IMG/VR virus record: IMGVR_UViG_3300005826_000294
Span: 186,001-250,000 of that record
Length of the DNA: 64,000 nt
Strand: one strand, 5' to 3'
In this document: positions 58,306 to 64,000 of the stretch, one piece after another
Position numbering within the stretch: the stretch's first letter is position 1
Layout of the letters: every line of letters starts with the position of its first letter
Notes under the pieces: model-generated
Database searches by the model: none
Told to the model about the DNA's origin: nothing
What the model saw: only the letters and a program-made list of their open reading frames with translations
Position numbers and translations under genes: made by a program

Positions 58306-58313
58306 AAAAAAAA

Positions 58314-58622
58314 CTAAAACTTAATTCCTTCTTCTTTTATATAAAAATCTATTGCTTCTGTCAACTCTTCCATAGGATTATGAGAAATAAAATAATAATA
58401 AAATTCCATTGAATCAATAGACTCTTTTGTTAAAGAAATTGTAATGCTAAGAAAATCAGGATCCCTAGACTTAATACTTATCCACATTTCTTTATTACCT
58501 TTCCAACAAGCAAAATAATGATTTTTCTTATTTATGATTTCCAATGGAAGTTTTGTAGTAAAATTTTTAACAACATTATTAGTTAATGATTTTAGCAAAT
58601 GTCTATGATTTAATAGTTTCAT
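58314..58622 (-). CDS. Hypothetical protein
   Basis: Operon position. Confidence 0.5.
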   Translation of the reverse strand: MKLLNHRHLLKSLTNNVVKNFTTKLPLEIINKKNHYFACWKGNKEMWISIKSRDPDFLSITISLTKESIDSMEFYYYFISHNPMEELTEAIDFYIKEEGIKF

Positions 58623-59130
58623 TTTTTATTATAAACTCCTCTAGTATATTAGAAGCCTCTTCTATAGTTAAATTCTCAGTATTAATAATCAAATCTGGAG
58701 CTGAAGGTTCCTCAAAAGGATCTGAAATTCCTGTAAAATTAGAAATATGATTAATATGATCTTCAGGAAGTAATGCTCTATAATAAAGACCCTTCGGGTC
58801 TCTGTTTTTCAATACGGATAAAGGACATTGAATATAAACTAACTTTGTACAATCATATGAATTTAATTCGTTTCTTATATCATCATAAGGATTAATAGCA
58901 GACATTATACTAATTATACCATTTCTAGCTAATATTCTTCCAACAAAACCTAAACGACGAACATTTGTATTTCTATCTTTTTTTGAAAATCCTAAATCAT
59001 TACATAAGTTTAAACGATATTCATCTCCATCGATAATCTCAACTTTAAATTTTGTTCTTAATTTTTGAGAAACAAAATTAGCAATAGTACTTTTTCCAGC
59101 CCCACTCATACCAGTTAATTGATAAAACAT
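58603..59130 (-). CDS. cysC: Adenylyl-sulfate (APS) kinase
   Basis: TGMSGAGKST, DGD..R..L...LGFS..DR..N.RR, DPKGLY, FTGISDPFEEP. Confidence 0.92.
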   Translation of the reverse strand: MFYQLTGMSGAGKSTIANFVSQKLRTKFKVEIIDGDEYRLNLCNDLGFSKKDRNTNVRRLGFVGRILARNGIISIMSAINPYDDIRNELNSYDCTKLVYIQCPLSVLKNRDPKGLYYRALLPEDHINHISNFTGISDPFEEPSAPDLIINTENLTIEEASNILEEFIIKNETIKS

Positions 59131-59396
59131 TATATTTTTCTAGTATCAACATATACACCTTCTATAGATGAATATGCCCATCTTTCTCCATTATTTAATT
59201 TAACAACTGATATTAGTTTTTCATCATAACCATATATATCAGGATTCCATAAATGTAAGATTGTAGCATTTTCCTTTATTTCTAAAGTATAATCGTTTGA
59301 TTTTCCTGGGTGTAAAAGAGTTCCATGGAAAAATATTAAATGAGGACAATCAATCATATCCGAAGGAACAATACAACTATAATAAGATTTCTTCAT
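59130..59396 (-). CDS. Hypothetical protein
   Basis: Stop/start overlaps with both neighbours. Confidence 0.5.
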   Translation of the reverse strand: MKKSYYSCIVPSDMIDCPHLIFFHGTLLHPGKSNDYTLEIKENATILHLWNPDIYGYDEKLISVVKLNNGERWAYSSIEGVYVDTRKI

Positions 59397-60679
59397 TACC
59401 CATCTCCATATGTATATATAATAAAATATCCACTATTAATTATTGCTTCTCTTCTCTTTAAAGTTCTTTCATATAATTTTTTATACTTTATCCCACTTAT
59501 AGGATGCTTTTTATTTAAATCCATATCATCTTTACCATGCCAAAAAAAATGGTCATATTCATAAACAATTTTTTTCTTCTTATCTAGAGCATCAACTCTG
59601 ACCATTTTTCCATTTTTTAATCTTATTGATTTTTCCCTATATTCTTTTGGAACTCCAAGCATATCTAACCATTCTTGACTTGCTTTAGAAACCGTATGAT
59701 TACATTTAACACATCCTCTTCCAATTAAATGATCATGAGGGGCTTGAGAAAATTCCCCATGTTTCTCACATATTATAATAACTTCAATTCTATTATTCTT
59801 ATATTCTACTTTTGAATAATCATATTTATTACCATGAATTTTCCTAGATTTTTTAATAAATTCTTTTGTGTTAGATTTCTTGGTTCCCTTACATTCAAAA
59901 CATTCATGTCCATTAAAATGATTCTTTGCGTTTTGTTCAAATTCTCCATGAATAGGACATATTATAATAACCTTTAATTCACCATTAATATATTTTACTT
60001 TCGAATAATCATATTTATCACCATGTGCTTCTCGTGATCTTCTAATAAATTCATCTTTTCCTATTCTTTTTTTACGATTTCTGGATGTTTTTCCACATTT
60101 AGGACAACCACTACCATTTAAATGACTTTTAAAATTTTGAGAAAACTCTCCATGATTCCTACATATAATAGTTATTTTAGATTTATTACAATCTGTTTTA
60201 GAATAATCATATCTATTTTTATGAACCTTTCTTGCTTCTTTTATAAACATATCATTATCTATTTTTATCTTACCATGTTTTCTAGAATATATATTAAGTT
60301 TTCTCATACACATAGGGCAACCATGATTCCCAAGATGATTTTCCGCTTTTTGAGAAAATTCTCCATGTTCTCTACATATAATAGTTATTTTTGTTTTATT
60401 ATTCTTATATTCTATTTTTGAATAATCATATTTATTACCATGGATTTTTATAGCATCTTGTATAAACTCTTTATTTGTTTTTCTTTTATTACCAAAACAC
60501 TTAAAACATCCATGACCATATAAATGACTTTTAGGATTCTGAAAAAACTCTCCATGTTCACTACATATGATGATTATTTTTGTTTTATTATTTTTATATT
60601 TTGTTTTTGAATAATCATATCTATTACCATGAACTTGTTTTGCTTGAAATATAAATTCATCTATAGTTTTTCTAACCAT
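59396..60679 (-). CDS. Free-standing putative endonuclease: five HG.KYDYS/C..HG.F Zn repeats (DUF723-like) + Vsr/EDxHD-like nuclease
   Basis: HGNKYDYSK..Y....IIIC..HGEF.Q....H..G.GC..C x5; VDALD...IVYEYD..FWHG. Confidence 0.75.
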   Translation of the reverse strand: MVRKTIDEFIFQAKQVHGNRYDYSKTKYKNNKTKIIIICSEHGEFFQNPKSHLYGHGCFKCFGNKRKTNKEFIQDAIKIHGNKYDYSKIEYKNNKTKITIICREHGEFSQKAENHLGNHGCPMCMRKLNIYSRKHGKIKIDNDMFIKEARKVHKNRYDYSKTDCNKSKITIICRNHGEFSQNFKSHLNGSGCPKCGKTSRNRKKRIGKDEFIRRSREAHGDKYDYSKVKYINGELKVIIICPIHGEFEQNAKNHFNGHECFECKGTKKSNTKEFIKKSRKIHGNKYDYSKVEYKNNRIEVIIICEKHGEFSQAPHDHLIGRGCVKCNHTVSKASQEWLDMLGVPKEYREKSIRLKNGKMVRVDALDKKKKIVYEYDHFFWHGKDDMDLNKKHPISGIKYKKLYERTLKRREAIINSGYFIIYTYGDG

Positions 60680-61127
60680 CTTCTTCGCCAGATAATTTAT
60701 TTCTCAAAAGATCCATTTTTTGTAATATCTCTAAAACATTTTCATCCTTAAAACATATTTTCTTCATTTTTTTTAATAACCCACCATATCTCTTTTTTTT
60801 ATTGTTATAGTCAATATTTCCGCGAAAAAGTTTATGAACCGTAGTTTGATGAATACCCAATTCTTTTCCTATCTCAATCTGAGTTTTTCCTTCTAAATAT
60901 AAAGTAGCAACTTCACATTGTCTTTTAGTTAATTGAGTATTTATTATTCTAACAACCTCAACCATAAGTTGTCTTTGTAATTCATAGAATTCCTCAGAAT
61001 ACTTAGATAAATTTAGTTGAGATCCAAGTCCATTGGCAGCAGAAACATCATTTAAAACATTTGGATCTACTGCTATTTCAACTATTTTATATTGATATGA
61101 GTCTGATTTATTTTTTTTACGAGCCAT
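60672..61127 (-). CDS. Sigma70 region 4 / LuxR-like HTH protein
   Basis: LTKRQCEVATLYLEGKTQIEIGKELGIHQTTVHK. Confidence 0.75.
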   Translation of the reverse strand: MARKKNKSDSYQYKIVEIAVDPNVLNDVSAANGLGSQLNLSKYSEEFYELQRQLMVEVVRIINTQLTKRQCEVATLYLEGKTQIEIGKELGIHQTTVHKLFRGNIDYNNKKKRYGGLLKKMKKICFKDENVLEILQKMDLLRNKLSGEEDG

Positions 61128-61128
61128 A

Positions 61129-61881
61129 TTACCTCGAATTTAAGGTTTTAGATATGTGGGTTTTTAAAATAGATACAAAATCTTTTATTGTATATTTAGA
61201 TAAAAATTCATCTACATCTTTCGAATCTGTATTTTTTAAAGGATTTGCAGCAATAATTTTAACATTTTCATATTGTTTTTTCAATGCGATTTGATTTGCT
61301 CTAAATTGAGCATCTTCTTCATTATCAAATAATAATACTATTCTATTTGTATATCTTGCTAATAATGCTATATGTCTTATAGATAAATATTTTCCACAGA
61401 CTGCTACTACATTATCTAAACCTTTTTGGTGTGGAGTAATAACATCAAAATATCCTTCAACCACAAACACTATATTTTTTTTCAAAATACTTCGTTTTGC
61501 GTAATTCAATCCAAAAAGGTGTTTGCTTTTTGAATATTTTGAATTCATATATTTTAATATTCTATTTTTATTTCTTTCTTTCTCTGATAACCGAGTTCTT
61601 CCAGCAATAGCAATATAATTATTATATACATCTTTAATTGGAAAAATTAAATCTTGGTTTTTAAATTTACTATAAGAAGCATTTTGTATAATATCTGCTT
61701 CTCTTAGATCTTTAGGATTTAAAGTAAATAAATCTCTTAAATCTTGAGGGAAAATTCCTATTTCAAACTTTGTAATAGATTCATCTGTCAAACCTCTATT
61801 TTTAAGATATGTAATAACTTCTTGGTCTTTCAGTAGCCTTTTATGACAGAACTTAGCTACTTTACTATATACATTACTCAC
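61129..61881 (-). CDS. dnaG: DNA primase catalytic core (Toprim_N + TOPRIM), no zinc-binding domain
   Basis: YL..RGL, IFPI.D.....IAGR, KY.NS, LFGL, VVEGYFDV, FDNE, KDVDE. Confidence 0.85.
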   Translation of the reverse strand: MSNVYSKVAKFCHKRLLKDQEVITYLKNRGLTDESITKFEIGIFPQDLRDLFTLNPKDLREADIIQNASYSKFKNQDLIFPIKDVYNNYIAIAGRTRLSEKERNKNRILKYMNSKYSKSKHLFGLNYAKRSILKKNIVFVVEGYFDVITPHQKGLDNVVAVCGKYLSIRHIALLARYTNRIVLLFDNEEDAQFRANQIALKKQYENVKIIAANPLKNTDSKDVDEFLSKYTIKDFVSILKTHISKTLNSR

Positions 61882-62212
61882 TCTTTTCCTTTTCCTGTCT
61901 TTCTAGATGTAATGCCAATCCATGAAGAAATGCTGGTGCTACTGGAACATGAGAACCACACTTTTCACAATAAGCCTTATTATCTTTTATAAATAATGAT
62001 CTATGAGTATTACATGTATTACAATGGGCCTGAAAAGGTTTTTTCTCAACATTTCTAAGGACTTGTCCTATACTATTAAGTGCTTTTTTTGTAAATTGTG
62101 TAATATTTAGGATAGGATTCCCACAATTATCACAAATAACTTCTCCTGATATTCTATTTAATTTTGCTTCAGTTTGCTGTAAACAACCTTTTGTGGTACA
62201 AGAAATAAGCAT
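61874..62212 (-). CDS. Double zinc-ribbon protein
   Basis: CTTKGC, CDNC, CNTC, CEKC. Confidence 0.6.
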   Translation of the reverse strand: MLISCTTKGCLQQTEAKLNRISGEVICDNCGNPILNITQFTKKALNSIGQVLRNVEKKPFQAHCNTCNTHRSLFIKDNKAYCEKCGSHVPVAPAFLHGLALHLERQEKEKSE

Positions 62213-62224
62213 TTTAAAAACCTC

Positions 62225-63325
62225 CTAGTTTTCATCAATATCTGCTTCATCAATAATAACTTCTTCTACTCCTCGACTTTTAGCTTCTTTTATTTTTTCT
62301 AACAATTCTTTTTGTGGAATTTTATTATTTAATACTGCTTCATAATAATTTTCTTTTCCAGAAATTTTTTCTTCATTATAAATATATGATCTATTATTTG
62401 GTCTCTCAACAACTCCATATTTAGTTGCTAAATTCGCTATTTCAACATGTTGATTCGCTATTCCTTCTACATATTTAATATCAAATTCACATATTCTTTT
62501 AGGAGGACCAATTCTATTTTTATCTATTCTTGCTCTTAAAGAATGACCTATTTGCTCTCCATTATCATTAAATATCTTACTATCTTTACTTTCAGACATA
62601 AGGAAATGAACCATAATCGAACAAAAATGCTTCCAAGCTGATCCACCAGGTGTAGAAGTAGGGTCTCCATACATTTTACCAGGATCAGTTCTAACTTGAT
62701 TAATAGCAATAAACATTACACATGTTTGGCTAAGTAATGGTGTTAATTTTCTAAGTTCTGGTGGTAAAAATCTTGCTATTAAAGCCATATTACTTTTACC
62801 CGATTCGCTAGATATTTCTAATGGAGGTGCTATTGCTGCAACACTATCAAGAACAATAACTCCTAATCCTGAGGTATCAGAACCTCCTGCTTCTTTAACA
62901 AGATCTAATAAACCCTTCTTTGATTTTGCTTTTTTTGGATCTTTATTAGGAACACCACATAGTTTTTCAAATATTTCTGCTCCATTATTAGATCTCAATA
63001 TCTTAATTCTACTTAAATCTAAACCAAGTGTTTTTGCCCAATCAAGATTAAAACCACATTCAGCATCAATAAAATATGCCCAATTATGAGAAGCTAAATT
63101 TTGCCAATGTTTAATTGCCATTAGACTCATAAATGTTTTTCCGCTACTTTCTCTTCCAGCATATTGAATAATTCTTCCTCTTGGATTCCCCCAAGGACCA
63201 ATAGCATCATCTAAAGCATAACTTCCAGTTGATAATGTCTCAACTTCTTTTACACCATCAAGACCATCATCTCCATATAATTTCTCCATTTGGTCCCATA
63301 TTTGTACCATACTTGGTTTAGTCAT
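62225..63325 (-). CDS. recA: RecA/UvsX recombinase
   Basis: LSTGS..LD..IG, GRESSGKT, VIVLDSVAA, FIAINQVR, TPGG.A. Confidence 0.92.
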   Translation of the reverse strand: MTKPSMVQIWDQMEKLYGDDGLDGVKEVETLSTGSYALDDAIGPWGNPRGRIIQYAGRESSGKTFMSLMAIKHWQNLASHNWAYFIDAECGFNLDWAKTLGLDLSRIKILRSNNGAEIFEKLCGVPNKDPKKAKSKKGLLDLVKEAGGSDTSGLGVIVLDSVAAIAPPLEISSESGKSNMALIARFLPPELRKLTPLLSQTCVMFIAINQVRTDPGKMYGDPTSTPGGSAWKHFCSIMVHFLMSESKDSKIFNDNGEQIGHSLRARIDKNRIGPPKRICEFDIKYVEGIANQHVEIANLATKYGVVERPNNRSYIYNEEKISGKENYYEAVLNNKIPQKELLEKIKEAKSRGVEEVIIDEADIDEN

Positions 63326-64000
63326 TCTTTTCCTCCAGATTCTGTATCTTTTGTAATAAACCCTTTTGCTCTTCTGTAAGACTTGTTGGTAGTTTTACTT
63401 TTACCTGTAATAAATGATCTCCATATCTTTCACTTAATCTCATTCCAGCTTCTTTAATTCTTAATATAGTTTCTGGCTGACAACTTGCTGGAATTTTTAC
63501 TTTTTTAACTCCTCCTAATGTATTAACAGAAATACTTCCACCCAATAATGCTGTAAATAAATCTATTTCTTTTTGACTAATAATATTTAAAGAATTTTGG
63601 ATTGTTTTATATTCTTTATGAGGAGCATATAATATTTGAATTTGTAAATTATTAGATGGCTTCAGTTTCGCACCATTCAGTATTCCTGGTGGAATGTTAA
63701 TGGTAATCTCTTCATTTGACTCTTTTTTTCCTTTACCATTACATTCTTTACATCTATTACCTATTTGTTTTCCTAAACCCTTACAACTATTACAGGAAGA
63801 AATCATAGATATAGCTCCCTGAGAAACTCGTCGTTGCCCAGTTCCACCACAAGTAGAACAATTTTTATCACTAAGATTGTATCCTAATCCTTTACAAGAA
63901 TTACAATTTTCGGTCTCTCCAACATTAATTTTTTTCGTACATCCATTATATGCTTCTTCAAGAGTAATAGACATTCTTCCTTTTTTTACTCTGTTTGCAT
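63318..64000 (-). CDS. dnaJ: DnaJ (Zn-finger + C-terminal domains); frame open to the window edge, J-domain probably outside
   Basis: ITLEEAY.G, four CxxCxGxG repeats, IPPG, ALLGG.I.V.TL, GDH. Confidence 0.85.
   Translation of the reverse strand, partial: ANRVKKGRMSITLEEAYNGCTKKINVGETENCNSCKGLGYNLSDKNCSTCGGTGQRRVSQGAISMISSCNSCKGLGKQIGNRCKECNGKGKKESNEEITINIPPGILNGAKLKPSNNLQIQILYAPHKEYKTIQNSLNIISQKEIDLFTALLGGSISVNTLGGVKKVKIPASCQPETILRIKEAGMRLSERYGDHLLQVKVKLPTSLTEEQKGLLQKIQNLEEKND

Noticed and set aside
12815-60679. Free-standing endonuclease genes as hidden introns
   Set aside because: No P7/P3 core motifs flank them and neighbouring genes are complete with stop/start overlaps.
778-61294. Plus-strand ORFs in the track
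   Set aside because: All are short antisense shadows of longer minus-strand genes, without RBS or recognisable motifs.
63318-63974. J-domain-less DnaJ as a novelty
   Set aside because: The frame stays open to the window edge, so the J-domain is probably just outside the window.
1-64000. Stop-codon recoding
   Set aside because: TAG (e.g. 659, 13957, 29464, 62225) and TGA (e.g. 8194, 12815) terminate intact genes and coding density is high in code 11.
1-64000. Eukaryotic giant-virus origin (TopIB, phosphatase, Cys-repeat nucleases)
   Set aside because: Shine-Dalgarno sites, rho-independent terminators, RecA, DnaG, gpA terminase and portal point to a prokaryotic tailed virus.
1-64000. tRNA, rRNA, CRISPR array, Ku, reverse transcriptase
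   Set aside because: None recognised by eye; gaps are mostly too small. A tRNAscan/HMM run would be needed for certainty.

Overview
A 64-kb, very AT-rich slice of a large tailed-phage (jumbo/huge phage-like) genome; every supported gene lies on the minus strand and uses standard code 11 with Shine-Dalgarno sites. Read right to left: the end of a replication/accessory operon (DnaJ, RecA, DnaG core, sigma4-like HTH, APS kinase) closed by a terminator, then a ~57-kb head-morphogenesis region: CCA-adding enzyme, gpA-type large terminase, portal with two inteins (one apparently starting with Lys), two giant multi-enzyme proteins (2851 aa: ATP-dependent ligase, lytic transglycosylase-like, ASCH, LigD-type primase-polymerase, DJ-1/PfpI, sigma70-region-2-like, LigD 3'-phosphoesterase, ParB-like; 1017 aa: topoisomerase IB, 2H phosphoesterase, HExxH, peptidoglycan-binding, Cys-dependent phosphatase), a prohead protease-scaffold fusion, two decoration-like paralogs and a 343-aa major capsid protein split into four exons by three LAGLIDADG-carrying group I introns. 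Nine free-standing endonuclease genes are interspersed. The most interesting signal: enzyme domains in the giant proteins are delimited by a protein-level FKLSKRA / K-x-A motif and at least 10 proteins share a ~25-aa helical-hairpin tag, suggesting a system that packages polyproteins into the head and cuts them into a DNA/RNA-repair and counter-defence toolkit. All family assignments are by eye from motifs; no database searches were run.
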